NCBI GenBank assembly: GCA_040954595.2
Contig: CM082576.2
Location: 14,945,129 to 15,009,128 of the forward strand
Reading direction: 5' to 3'
DNA: 64,000 bases
Source of the DNA: Balanoglossus misakiensis
Taxonomy: Eukaryota; Animalia; Hemichordata
Made by a program: the position numbers and the translations under genes
Shown here: positions 28,776-43,700 of the stretch, one piece after another
Layout: each line of letters starts with the position of its first letter
How positions within the stretch are numbered: the first letter of the stretch is position 1
The notes under the pieces: model-generated
Seen by the model: only the letters and a program-made list of their open reading frames with translations
Told to the model about the DNA's origin: nothing
Database searches by the model: none

Positions 28776-31700
28776 CTAGGAAGTCTGTGTCTTGGTGGTT
28801 TCTTTATCGCTGTCGCTGTCACTCGAATCAGAACTGGATTCAGAGCTGGAGCTGGATTCACTCACATCTTCCTGCTGCAATTCCAGAACTGAAGATCCTT
28901 TGTTCTCTTGTCTCACCATATTTCTGTAGTATTCAATTGTTTCCTGAAATGGAAAAAGAATGATGTTTAACGTCAAGTGGCAACTTCTAGGAAATGACCA
29001 TTGGTCGATGACTACCTTCATTTCTGACAATATGGTTGACCAGTCAAGTCAGTGTGGATTATGCATGGTTGACCATAATCTACGACAGAAGCCAACTGCT
29101 TGTAACAAATGGAAACAAAATGGTCACAATAGATTAAAATGTAAAAAAGACTTCTTAGAAAAGGGAGACTACTGCTGGCTGGAGCTGTGCTAACAAATAC
29201 AGTCAAACCTGTCTATAGCGAACAGTCAAGGGACTTTCCTAAACTGGCCCTGCTATAGACAGGTGGCCTTTATAGACAGGTCAAAATGTTCCCATCATAC
29301 AAACATCAAAAGCACATTTGAGCATTAAAGGTATACGGTCACCTATACAAATTTAGCCACAGTTACCATGGTAAATTGAGATCTAACCAATCACAGGTTT
29401 TCAGTGGGTGGCACACGCGAAAATAAAGTGTTCTTTAGAACACTCAAATACGCCATTTCAACTATATATGGCGATATGTAAATTGGAGGTGACCGTATAC
29501 CTTTAACTCCTGAAATAAAAGAAAAAGCTTTATCACTTACTGATGGTTCTTCAAATGGAACAGTTTGGTTGTTCTTCTTCAACATCATGGCCAACCTCTT
29601 GAGGGTAATGTCTGATACAGCAATCCCCTCTTCAACACATCTCTGTCTCAGTTCCAGAGCCGACTGCCAGTCTGACCGAAATTCTTCAACAGAAAAAAAA
29701 TAATTTCAGTTTCAGACATAGCTGTCTTGTGAGCAACGATCATGCCATTATTAGCATGCTGGGTTGTATCAGTCAAAGAGGGTGATGTCCAACATTAAAG
29801 TCCGACCACTTAGATTTCCCAGTGCAGTGAAATCTCTAAACTGAACACTGATCTACACTAAACCCATTATCTGTTCCCTTCACTTACCTGGTTTTGCTCT
29901 GTTCTTAGAGTTATTTTGTTACATAACTTAAACTTTTTTTTATTAATTTTAGAGAAAAAAGACTTATTTTGCTTAATAAAATGATATAAGAAGATGTAAT
30001 GTGTGACTGGAAACCCTTGATCCCCCAAATGCATGATTTGCATGGAGGTTTACACAATCCAGTATTTCTATATGCACCATGAAACCACCAGTAACCAAGG
30101 CAACCAATGGTGACTGGCCGGCTTAGTAAGTGCAAGAAAGCCATCTGGTCAAGAGGAAAGGACAAAGTCACGCTTCAAATATCAATCCACTGAAACCATG
30201 TATCCAAATCTCTCCCGCAGATGATATTGAATCAGCACAGGTTAATGGACAACTTACAAATGTAACAGCATAGCTAATGCCTTACCATACGACTTCATCA
30301 GGTAAAAATAAATCTTTTCCTTTATGTCAGAGTCTGGCACTACACTGGCAAGGTTGACAAGTTTTTGAGGATCATTCTGAAAAATAAAATAAAATGAGAT
30401 CAAATGGTGGTGTTTTAGAGCGGCTATTTTTGCATGTACATGTAAGCACTGGCATCCTTTTAGCTTGTATTCTTTTTATATTGATTTGTTTATGTTTTAA
30501 ATCTGAGTTGTTTCTCAAAATGAAAGTTATATTTTACATTATTTACAATTCATGGAAGTACACAATGCAATAGAGAAAATGCTTTTAGAAAAACGTGGCT
30601 CTTAATACATCAACTTACATGTACACTTTTACATTTTGCAAAACAAAAAAATCAAATTTCAAATTTCTCTGTGTTGAACGTTACTACTACTCACCGATCC
30701 CCCTTGTTTGGTTTCTAGAATTGCATATCGAACAATATTGCCAGGATTCTCAGAGAGCGTTGGATATTTCTGCAAAAACAATGCGAGAGACACATCAGCT
30801 GTTTATACCAATTTTTACAAAGGTCAATGGAAAAGTGAAATTCGTAGAAAGAGGCACCAGGCCATGGTAGTTAAACTATACTTGGAACAATGAAAGAGAG
30901 AAAGTTATTTGACTGAAGACTGCATTATACAATGGAGTCACCTTTCAATGACAACCATGTCTATACACAGAGCAATGACATTTCATCTGCAAACTTTGCA
31001 CTTCGAGCTTCCTGTAATTGTCTAGTTGGTTCTTACCTCCAGTAATTGTCTAGCTTCTTCAACCTTGTCAAGGTCGATCAATGCATACAGTAAATCAACA
31101 CCTTGTCTGTGCGTGCCTTCTGCGACAGACTTGTCAACCAGTGCATAAGCTGAAACGAAAAAGTAGAGTCACTGCATTAGATTCCAAATTAGACGTGGGA
31201 CATGAGGCCAAAGAACACATACATTTGCCTACATATACCAGTGAACTGAGGAATTGGGTTTCGATTGATTTCCAGACTGAGCTACCCAAATTTTTTTTTT
31301 GCTCTAGTTTTTAGAGTAGAAAAAATACCATGTGTGGCATAGGTATTGTAAAAATATCAGAACTGTCTTAAACCCACGACAATAAAATGTAAAACCATTC
31401 AGTTTACTAGATAGATTGAAGTCTCTAAACTCAACACTGATCCAGAAACATTATTTCACTTATCTGGTTTTGCTGTGTTCTTTGAGTCATTTTATTACAT
31501 CACTTAAACTATTTATTCATTTTTGAGAAAACAGACCTGTTTTGCTTAATAAAATGATGTAAAAAGATGCAATGTGTGACTGGAAACCCTTGATCCCCCA
31601 AATGCATGATTTGCGTGGAGGTTTACACAATCCAGTATTTCTATATGCACCATGAAACCACCAGTAACCAAGGCAACCAATGGTAACTGGCCGGCTTAGT

Positions 31701-34700
31701 AAGTGCAAGACAGACATTTGGTCAAGAGGATTATATTACATGTACCTCTATCCATTGACATGTTCCTTTCTAACATTTTGTAAAATAATGATCTGGTTCC
31801 AAGGTTTCTTGGTGGTTCGCTGGATGACTTTTCTTCCACCAGATCGAGGGCAGCATCTGGTTCATTTCTAAAAAAAAAGTAAGCCATTCATAAGTGTTGA
31901 CAGAAAATAAATACACTATAACAAGTTTTACTTACAGTGCTGTGTATCTAGGACATGTCCTAAACCACATCCCTTATATGTTGGTGTCAAATTATATTCA
32001 TGACAGACCATTTAGTTTTGCATGCTAACACTGGAAAATTTGTGATTCAAAGAGGGAAGCATGCACATAATCTTGTGAACACCAAGTTGACCATATTTTC
32101 ATCTTTTAGACATTTACACTATCACTCAACCAGGACGTGCACTAACCATTAGTAGCAAAGTTTTTCAAATAATAGTTGCCAATAGTTTTGTGTAGTCAAA
32201 CACATTACTATCAGAAAAATATACACCATCAATTTCTTTTGTATATAACACACTTTTGTGTAATTGTTAACACTGCTCTTACCAACAAATTCTATACATA
32301 CAGTGGAACGCCGATTATCCGAACGCCGATTATCCGAATTTCGGATTATCCGAACGCTTTGGTACGGTCCCGGGTACGGTCCCTGAACATTTAATTAGCC
32401 ATGCCAAGCACCTGTTTTCTCGGCAGTCTGTGACATTTCCGCAGGAAAACTGACATTTCGGGCAGTTTTCTTTGGTCAGTTCTTATTGTTTCTGTTGTAA
32501 AGGGCGGTGGGACGTGTTAAAAACGTCTTTATCATTGAATATTTCAATCATTTTACGACAACAGAGTGTCACACTTTCGGGTATCGTAACATTCGACACT
32601 GGGATTTCACACTCAAGTGTAAAACACGCAAAATCACTTGTCGCGTCGGCACGGCTTTGGTCAATTTTTTGATAGTGTGAAGTAGATTTATCGCCGAAAT
32701 AAGCTTAGCACTGTCGTTGATAATACAAATGAAAGCCATGGGTTGGATGAGATCGCCCGTCTTCGACTCGTGCGAGCAGACGGCGGAGATCGTCCGGGGT
32801 GTCAACATCAAAGACACGGCTTTTCAAACGCATGGACTTCATTCCGCGACACAGTGAAGGCGTGTCGGGTCGCGGTCGGTGACCATGGCAGCGCCGATAT
32901 GAATGACAGCCAAGACGTCACTTGCGGAAGTGACCTCGTGCGGAGAGCATGTTTTGCGCGGTTTGAATGTCACTGACATCGAAGATTTGGAGACTAGCGA
33001 GAACTATGACAGCTTCGAAACATTAACGTATGATGAAATCATCGACTTTGTTTCTCAGAAATAAACTCATGGCATGAAAAATTAGGACGATAAAGAGAAC
33101 GAGACACCAGCTCTAGCGAAATCTACCGTGGCCATGGAAGGCCTACGCACGTTCATGGTTTGTTACGATGACCGGCCACATACGATGTTGAACGGATCAG
33201 ATCATTGCAGCTTTGACTTCGTCTTTTTTTCTTTCTTAACCTTTTGAACTCTTAATATATGTATTTTTTTTTATATAAAAGAAGACGAATTGTGTTGTAT
33301 TGTTTTATTAACTTCTTTTTGTGAGTGCATGGAAAATGCATGTGCATGTGGGAAACATCGTAACATACGCATGCCCCAATGGTGTGGTCAATTTCCTTTG
33401 TTCGGACGTGCCAAAATCAATTATCCGAACAATCAATTATCCGAACAAAATCTAACCCGCCCAACAGGTTCGGATAATCGGCGTTCCACTGTATATAGAA
33501 TTCTACAGCCTATTAGATTTATAATAGTAGAATTTTCATGGAAATCTATAGATTTCTATATAGTTTTGGATCCTATAGAATGCTATAGAAAACGCTATAG
33601 AACTCTATAGAATGTTTTGTAGGGGTAATTCTTAGGGTAAGATGATGACTTACCTAATAATATATGCTCCAAGTAGATGCTTGAAAAAGGGAAATGATTC
33701 TCCAGCAAGGGGATGATATTTTTCCATGACAGAGATAATCTTTTCGGGTTCGCCCTTCTCTTCATAATATGTAACTAACTTTCTGGTGGCCATTCTGTTA
33801 GGAACCTTGCCATTTTCAATCATGTTGTCAAAGACAGCTTCAGATTCTGTGAAAGCAATATTTAATTTTTTCTTAATCTATTAAGGGAGAGGGGGCTATG
33901 AAATACCTTGTTGATGTGTAAATTGGGACTAAATTTGATTGATGCTGATCATGAGATACTGTAAAACTGGTTATTTTCGCGAGCAATAAATTTTCGTGAA
34001 ATACGCGCAAGCCAAAAAATCGTGAAAATAAAAAGTCGCTTAAGATGTTTTTCGGAGATAACGATGCAGTAAATGAAATAAGAGAACGCGAAAATTAATA
34101 CTCGCCGACGCGTAACAGTTTCCTCTTTTAATATCGCGAAAATTTCCTGTCGTGAAAATAATTTGTTATACAGTATAATGTGATGAATTTCCATTGTCAA
34201 GCAAGTTGGAAAATAACACTGCCATTAGAACACAGAGACAGTTGGCCAAAATTACGTGGGAATATTTGAACTTCAATCAAATCAACTGATTGAAGATGGA
34301 GGGTGAAGTGAATTGAAAATCTGACTGACCAACAATGTTATCTGTTCTGACTCCAGCAAATATAAATCCATTTTCAACAGCTGTGTCTATATTAAATCCT
34401 TTCTGCTGGCATCTAAAACAAACAAACAAACAAAAACAAATAAATTAATAAATAAAAGTACAATTTATCTGAAATTATGGAGCTCAACATAGAAAAGCAC
34501 TGATGTCACAATTGAGTTTTCATTAGCCCTTTACAGCCCCACTCATGGCTTGATGCAGCCAAACTGGAGCATTCTGCTCTTTCACAAACTGAATAGTCTT
34601 CACTCTTGCAGAGCTGTGGTAGCTATACAAGTCAACTCATTCTTTTGCTAACAGGGCTATGCTACCAAAGTGCAACAGTGCCACTTTAAATCAAAGATCC

Positions 34701-37700
34701 AATTTTTGTGAGTATAGAATATTTATTGGTCTCGGGGTCCGCTGCCAATGAGTTCTCATGGCACTGTGGGGGTTAATTTGTGTTTATCCACAAAATTGAA
34801 AGGTACAATTAAATTGTCAAATGAAAATGATGGGGTGCAAGCAACTGATCCCGAGATTGGTCACTTTTTAGCAAAATTATGCCAATACTATGCTGGAAAT
34901 TGACATTTCAGACAAAATAAAAAAATACAGAAGAATTGTACTGAGGGACGTCATTACTGTAATATTTAACCCCCCCCCCCCCCCCCCCCCCCCGACAATG
35001 ATGGTATAAACAAGCAGTTCTCTTTCAATCAGAAGAGTCTTAAATGTCAAATAAACTTACAGTTCCTTTAGCGCCAGAGCTTCTGTCAAATGATCCGTTT
35101 GCAATGCTGCTCTGATAAGTGCATTATAAGTTTCTGACGGAAGTTCACATCCTTTAGTCAAAGCTTCCTCGAATAATCTCTTAGCTTCTCCAAAGTTCTG
35201 AGAAAAAAATTGTAAAGACTTTGTCAACTCAGATATAACAATAAAATTACCCACAATGCATGAAGCATTGATGTGTGCGTGTAGTTTTTAAGCATCATTT
35301 TGTAAATGATGGAAATCAATGTAAGGAGAGAGTTATATCGACAATAAGACATGTAACTGGAAACCCTTGATCCCCCAAATGCATGATTCGCATGGAGGTT
35401 TACACAATCCAGTATTTCTATATGCACCATGAAACCACCAGTAACCAAGGCAACCAATGGTGACTGGCCGGCTTAGTAAGTGCAAGATACCATATAATGA
35501 TAGACTATTTTCACACAAAAAACCCGAAATCTTTCAGAGATCTTTGTGTCAAGGTTCTTATAATCTACAGTATTATTGTAAAGAACATCATATAATTTTG
35601 GATACCATAGTGATAGAAAGACAATAGCAATTTCCCTCATTTTTAGTCTCCCTAGTTTGGACACAAGAGAATGCTGTTATTATTTGAACTATGGCACCAG
35701 TTATTTTGTTCTTGGGTAATAACAATAAGATTTTAATGAAGTCAATACTCACCCCTACTCTACCAACAGTTGTGATCAACCTCTGGTATTTGATAGCAGT
35801 ATTCTCAGCACTGTCTGTTGTCTGAAAGAAAAGAACATTTACAAAAAGATCATTGAAAGAGGTACATAGATAGAGCCACGTACAAGTGTAACAGTAAAGA
35901 TACATGAATATAAGCGTTGATACTGTAAAACGTGAAATTTTCGCGAGCAATAAATGTTGGGAAATACACAAGAACCAAAACAACATGAAAATAAAAAGTC
36001 GTGTAAAATGTTTTTCGGAGATAACGATACAGTTAGTGAAATATGAGAACACAAAAATTAATCCTCGCGTAATAGTTGCCTCTTTTGATATCGCGAAAAT
36101 TTCCTGTCGCGGAAATAACCCGATTAACAGTATATTACACCCACTGTTACTCAACACGAACCATTGTACATGTAGCACTGATTACGATCATTTAAAGTGT
36201 CTGTGACATGCCCTAGGCTATACAACCACGCGTAAAATCACCATTTGGGTCTTTACATTAACATATGTTACTATCTGGCAATGCGTTTTGCCCTCTGTGC
36301 TTAGATAACAGGCAAGTAAAAGTGGCAGGTGGGCGTGTACTCCTAACCCAACTCAGTCGATTTTTGGAGGCTTTTTGAAGTTCAGCAGACAGCTGTAGAC
36401 TTATCTTGATGTGGACATGTCTGGGTCTGGGTATCAAACCCACAAGTTTCTGATTGTGAGTCCGATGCTCTGGCCGCTAGGCAAGATGCCTCCTGGATCA
36501 GGAGCAGTAATCATGGAGTTCTGTGCAAACATGGATTGTCTTCTAATAAATTGGAATATAGGATTTACATTTCTTTTCGCACAATATTGACTTCTTACCT
36601 CAGCGACAGTTCTCTCCGGAATTTTGAACGGCACTTCCTGTCCGTGAGTTTTTAAAACATCCGCTACGTATCTCAACGTCCTTTCTCGCGGTTCAAAGTT
36701 TTCTTCTTGCATTTTCGCCCAGGTGTCTAAGCACTTCTGCCAGTCTTTGGCTTTGCCTGTAAGAAATCAAAGAATAAAAGAACTGAATGCTATGGTGTGA
36801 AATTACATCAACACAGTGTCTTGGTGGGAATATCTTTTTGCTATGATGTCATCATTTCTAGATATGAGGAAGTGATGTAGGAGACTTAAAGCAAAGCTGG
36901 TCATCAATGTAGTAGTATAATCAGCTCCAATCGCTGCTTTACTCGGTTTGTTTGTACTCAAAACCAATGAATTCATGGTATCTTCGTTCAAAAACTCCAT
37001 ATTGTTTTTATTTTTACAGTTAAACCTGTCTAAACCAAACCCTGTCTATTCTTGAAACCTGTCTACACCAAACACCTCGATAAACCAGACACCTCTGCAA
37101 ACCAGAAATTCTTTCTGTCTCTTTGATGTCTAGTTTGGACAGGTTTCACTGCATATAGCTGAATGATAGAATTGGTTTCTCAGTGGTGTTGGTCATTGGC
37201 GTTCAAGATATGTTCCCGTGAACTTTGGCTTACTAGCAGAAAGCTTTGGGACACTACAGGGGTATGATACTCTAATGGCCTGAAATTCCCGCTTCCACCT
37301 ATTCATCATCAAGCCATTTCAATTCAGAGCACTATAAGGCATGTCCAGCCACAAGGCACCACCACTTACCGTACATTCTGTAGAGGAAAAAGTACATTTG
37401 ATCTCTGTCGCATCCAAATAAATCCTTTGTGATGTCAACCAGGTTCTCTAACTGTTCCACTCGGTCTTCATCCAGACATTTCTTGCTGTACCAATTCAAC
37501 CTTTGGATTCTTGCACGGAAACCGGGTGTCTGTAGATGATGGACGAATCAATGAAGTTACAGATACAGCACACCTCTCTCATCATGACAACTCTTTACTA
37601 AGGACAGACTTTTGAAGACAAAAGTTACGGTTTGAATAGAATATTTATACCTGTCTATTAAGGACGCCTCTGTGATAAGAACAGATTTCTGGTCCCAGAG

Positions 37701-40700
37701 GTGGCCTTTATAGACAGGTTTTATTGTATAGCAGGCTGTGTCTGAAGGCCTGAAAGAGTCAAATGACAGAATTTGACTGACAGTGTGTAGCAATCTCCAC
37801 AAGTCTTACTGGACCACAAACTTCCCTGACAAAACAATGGGTTCTATTTCAAATCAAAAACAATGATTTTGCATGAACAGAAGGAATGTAATAACGAATG
37901 CAAAATTCTTACTTCAATTATTTTCCTGGCTTGCTTGTATTTACCAGCTGACAGAAAAGCAAACACCAAGTCATACAGCATATTCATTTCGCCCACAGCT
38001 TGACTGCCAAAGTCCATGGCTGAAATTCAAAATGACATAAAAATAATGCAGTATTATAATTAACAGATTCAAAAGTACGCAAACAGATGTAGGCTTGTAG
38101 CCAAACGCTTTTCCACCTGAACATAAAACGTGAAGCCGAACCTGTCTAACAAGACACAGAGCAGATGCATATCTCAACAGTATTTTGTTCAGCCAACCTG
38201 TGTAAACTCCATCATCATTTATATTCCACAAACGAAACTGTAATTAGAAAATTGCTTTCATTTGTATATAAAGCCTTTAGATTCAAAGAAAATTTTGTTG
38301 ATTTTCACTTTATATTTTTATTTTGTATTTTCCAACAAAATTATTATGAACTGTAGCTCCTTTGCACCGGGGGCCAGAGGCTTATGAATCTGATAAAGAT
38401 TCCTAAGTGACACCGTCTGCAAGAAATGCCAAATCTTCATGCAAAGTAATCAGGCTTCTCACCTCTCTGCAATTGTTCTTTGTCACCAGCTTCAACAAGT
38501 CTGACCAGCAAGTCATGAAATCGTGGAAGTAGTTTGTATTTGTCATGACAATCGATGACACAGTCAAGCGCTCCTTTCAGGTCATTCCTGAAGAAATAAA
38601 AAAATAGCATCATAAATGACGTTGTGCCTCCTTCACTGGTTATTCCCGAGGGCTGTCATGTACGCTTTTACCCCTTCCGCCATAGAGGTTCAGTCCAAAC
38701 CCGTTGTTTTCTATGGTAAGGTTGGAACTTACCTATGGAAGTATGCAGTGACCAATGGGCTGGCTACGTTTGGCGTTGCTTGTATAATCTGAAGGTCAAC
38801 GCACTTATGGAACAAGCTGTGTGTCTCCTCTACCTGTCCAGTCAATGCTACGTTATTCAACATGTGGAAAACATTCATATCGGTCAGCTCTGACAACGGC
38901 ACCTCTCGAGTCCTCATGTCTTGCAGTTGATCCAACGCATCTGTAATTAAAGGGACATATTTTTTATTTTATGGTTCAATAACTTTGTGTCGTAACAGAA
39001 CTTTTCAGGAGTGACATTTCACTGGAGTAATGATAGAAGTTGGCAGTAGATGAATTTTCCATGACAATGGTAAATTGAGAGTTTTCAGGTACTAGTTTGA
39101 TATTCTTGGACTTTTCAGTTAATGAATAAACTGTTATTATTGCTAGTCAGTGTCAGAGTCTGACACGCAATGAAGCAATGTTTGCACTTCTAACATACTC
39201 TTACTCTATCAACATTACGTTTGGTATTAAAAGCCAATGTTGTATAACTATTATATAATAATGTAATATAATCTAGATAATTACCTTGTAGTCTGCCTTG
39301 CAAAGTCAAAACTTGTGCCAAGCGGATGTATTTTGCAGAATCTAGACGAAAACCAGGATCAAAGCTTTCCCTAAAAGACGAAAAGAAATCAGTTATTTTT
39401 ATGGTACACTCATTTTGAACAATCATGTATTATATTATACCAGTATATTGATGGTGTAAATCACGCTATTTGATTGGTCGAGACACGACACGTGACCGTG
39501 ATATATTAGCCATATACCACAGTCATATATCATAGTTAAAGAAAATGCCTTTTTAAAATGTTTTATGCAAAGTTTCAATATACTGGCATAATATAATAGC
39601 AATAAAACACCCCCAGCCATGGTATACCACTCGATTTTGACCAGTTCAACTCCATATACGCACTCGCTATCGCTCGTGCGTATATGTCGTGAACTGGTCA
39701 AAATCTCGTGATATACCATGGCTGGGGTGATTTATTGCTTAAATATATGCGTACTACTAGTCACTGCCAATGGAGAAATCATATCTGAAGGGAATAGCTG
39801 AGCTGCCAAGTCAAAAATCAAGGCTCTGGATGTTGAAGAAGGAAACTAAAAACCACGTCAAGGACACCATACTTCCGTTTGATCGGAATTTGGTACATTC
39901 AAGTCTTATTTACTAGGGAGACGTATTAACCCTTTCATCCCCAGTCCAACCTTCCCTCAGAAAATAATGGGATCAGACTGAACCATGGTGGTGAAACGGT
40001 TAAAATCTTAACTTACAATTCCTGCTTGAGTTCCATTGCTTCATCGACTCGGTTTAATTTTGCCGTCATTTCAATCAACATGGCGTATATTGCACCTGTT
40101 GGTTCGTGTTCTGAGGTTTTCAACTCCTCTTTGAACTTCATGGCTTTCTCGTAGTTCTAAGAAAATGGAAATATAGTGCCACTCGTCAGTCTTAAAGTCT
40201 CAATAACTCTTAAAGTTTAGCTATTTTTCCAGTATTTGATTTGTGAAGTCTATGGATTGGGCAATTTATAAATTATAGTGCTGTGTACCCAGTAATGTAA
40301 GTCACAGGTTATATGATTCAAACATATTTACACTCTCAGGCCAAAACCCTTATATATTTGGAAAAGTTACCATGAATTCTGGCCTGAAAGGATTTTCTGT
40401 TTCCATCAAAAACTACACATTTTCTAAATGTCTGTCAAATGCCAGTTGAAAAGATCTGCACAGAATCTGTTACTGCTTGAAGAGCCTATACTCACTCCTT
40501 TGAAAGCATTCACCATTATAAGTCTTCTCAATGTACCACGTGTGTTCATTTCCTTCTTTTTTAACTCTTCATAATGATTCTCTAACTTGTCAGCATCTAC
40601 AAGCTGCAACAAAAGCCAAAACTGATGGTCAATAAAAAAAACAGTGTTCCCAGAAAGACAACAGAACAGCAAAAATTTCTCTGTAAATTTCAACTCAAGA

Positions 40701-43700
40701 GATTTCCTTATAAATAAATAAATATTGAAAACCACAGATCAGTAGTTCCTTGACCCAGAGGTCACACAGTAAGGGACAAGGGCAAGGTCACAATATAAGA
40801 TCACATGTGAACATATACTGGATGAGGACCTTACATTAATTGGCAGCAGGTCAATATTGGTCTCTTGATCATCAACCAATTCTTTGGGATCAATAAGTTT
40901 CCTCACAACTCCCTTCAAGTGACTCAAACCACGCTGGTCCAACATGGCACGGATTTGCCGGAAATTACTCGCTGATATTCGAATACCCTGTAATAAAAGG
41001 AAAACAGATAAACAGCGTTATTGTGAGTTAATTACAAACAACATAAACTGGCCATCAGTCTAGAAACTACATTGAAAACTACAACGTAGTTCTCCGCACG
41101 TAAAGCGGTCACAGTTCACTATCATGTATACATGGGCGTACAAAATGTAGTCCCCCAAAAATCATCACAATGCCATTAATAAAAAGCACTGTATACGACA
41201 AGATACAAGACTTCAAAGATTATTATGAAAGGCACATAATTGCTGGACAATCTGAGACAAGTAAATAAACAACAAACCTGTTCATGGACTTTCTGAAACA
41301 GTTGTTGAAATTTGGGTCCAACATTTCTTGCATTGGTTGCTTTCACTTCATCCACCATTTGCAACAGTATTATACCAGTACTGGCTGTAAATATACCACA
41401 GTTTCAGTAAATATGATGAGACACACTAGCTATAGCAGTTATGTCAGATTTCAGGCCAGAGCTTAACAAATTGGTACGATATTTTAGCTCTACATAAAGC
41501 TTTCTTAACCCTTTCACCCAAGGTTCCCTGTTCAGAGATCCAACTTAACCATAGAAAACAATGGAGTTGGACTGAACTATGATGGTGAAAGGGTTAAGGA
41601 TTGTATTCCCACTCCGACGCGAACTTTGCAAGAAGCACAACAAAGCTGCTGTAATATGGGAAGGATTTACTCTCTGCTACACATCTTGTGCACCAATCAT
41701 GGCCGCCTGACGACAGCTATGGTGCATCTTGGTTGGCAGCATGGGTTCACATTCATCCCCCCGTTTCGTAGACAGGTCCAACCTGACCACAGAAAACAAT
41801 GTATTTGGACTGAACCATGATGTTGAAAAGGTTAAAAGCACAATAACCATTTTCTGCACTGTCTGGTGGGCTGAAATTTGTGTTCACCACAAACATTTTG
41901 CATAGGATGGAAATCACTATTGTTTATATGTTCTGATAAGAACGAATTCTCACCTACATGTACATGTAATTAATGGTAGCAACTCCAAGTGTAGTCTAGA
42001 ATCTATCCGTTCGTAGTCGCATTCACCCTACTACCGTCTAGGAACGCCTAACCAAAATCTAGTAAGGCCATAAAAATGGTAATTTGAATGTGAATAGTCT
42101 CCAACTGAGCAGTCTGACGTCAGAGAAGTCAATCACTTACGTTGACCGACTACTGATTGGCCGTTGATGGCATGGGTGTTTCTTCATTATTATTCATATA
42201 TGCCCAATTATGGCACATGTTGCGGCTGCATTGACAATCGCGGGAAATTCGCAATGTAGCTCCGCCCCGAATGATACATAATCATGATCACGTGGTGACG
42301 CTTGACGTCAGATTGCTCAGTTGGAGACTATTCACATTCAAATTACCATTTTTATGGCCTTACTAGATTTTGGTTAGGCGTTCCTAGACGGTAGTAGGGT
42401 GAATGCGACTACGAACGGATAGATTCTAGACTACTCCAAGTGTTGCAAGGCAGGCACTGAAATGACAGTGACTCAAATTTTGTACGAATTTGTTGACAGT
42501 TCCTCATGACAACTTTGATGATTTGTAGTTCAATCAAGAACAAAGTTAAATGGTGTCTAAGAGAAGAATTGAAATGCAACGAAGAAAGAGAAAACAGACT
42601 TACGGGCTCCGACTGTAATGGTACCATCATCTACCATTTTGAGGATGGTTACGATTGGTTGAACTGGATTATCCCTGGTGACAAGAACACAAAATACATA
42701 CAATTAGTGCTTGGATTGTTGTTATTTTGTTTCATGAGTTCACTACACTACAAAAATGTTTCAATGACCTTGAATTTCTAGTGGTATGCTGATAAGCAAG
42801 GAGCAAGGTTTGATATCAGCAAACTAAGACAGGGTCCACTTTATACAGATGTACCCATCTTTGTTTTGGGTAGTGGAAAAGATCTCAGAAATATTTCTAC
42901 GATTGATTGTGTGCATTTATTATCAATGACCCTTTTTTAGAATAATGTTTGGACAAAAATAATGCCAAGATGTACTGAAGACATCTCAGTGGAAGAAATA
43001 GTATATGAGTGTTTACTTTTGACATGTTTCATGGCACATACCTGAACAGCGAATGCATCAGGCTCACTCTGAATTGAGAGAAGTCAATTTTTGCCGGACC
43101 AAAGTGCTCCACTGTCAAACAAAGATGACAAAATTGAATTACACCGTGAAAAACTAGTGGTCCGCGGCAAAAAAATCGATGGTCCCAGACCACTGGATTT
43201 GCTCACCCCTGCGGGTGATTTAATGCGTCAAATTTGATGCACTGGGTTGCGGCATTTTGAAAGGAAACGTGGTAATCCTGCAACACTGAATATCTAGTTC
43301 TTAACTCCACATTATACAGATCCTGTTACGGTAGCAAACATGTACCGGTAAGTTCTTGCTGTTATAAATTACTCACCAAATTTTGGAAGACTACGTAATC
43401 TATCATTGGCGATTTCCCAGCGGAATATACTTCCGATCAATGCCGCATTTTCAGGCAATCCCATTTCCTGGAATTTCATTAAAACATGGAGGAAAACATA
43501 ATTCATCAATTTGCTGTGGTTTTGATGCCATTGATAAAATCTGAATCCAGCTTAGGAAGTATTATCAGGTGTCATACCCATTTATTCAGCCTCACACTGA
43601 AAGAGTCCACAACTATCGTGATATGCACACACACACACACACACGTGTAGTAGGTATAAGAATCACTGTAAATTCATAATAGTGATGTTTGTCGGAGAAG

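Noticed and set aside
29911-30171. Recurrent peptide [31 protein letters not shown] in several ORFs, suggesting a repeated mini-gene or alternative exon
   Set aside because: The copies lack consistent starts or splice sites, and indels in copies 3 and 5 break the frame. Conservation follows an H/ACA RNA structure instead.
32743-32976. Possible active transposase
   Set aside because: Only broken fragments remain in a 1.2-kb deleted pogo element, with no DDE core.
36790-36870. Possible C/D snoRNA (AUGAUGA on the minus strand)
   Set aside because: No suitably placed CUGA D box or terminal stem was found.
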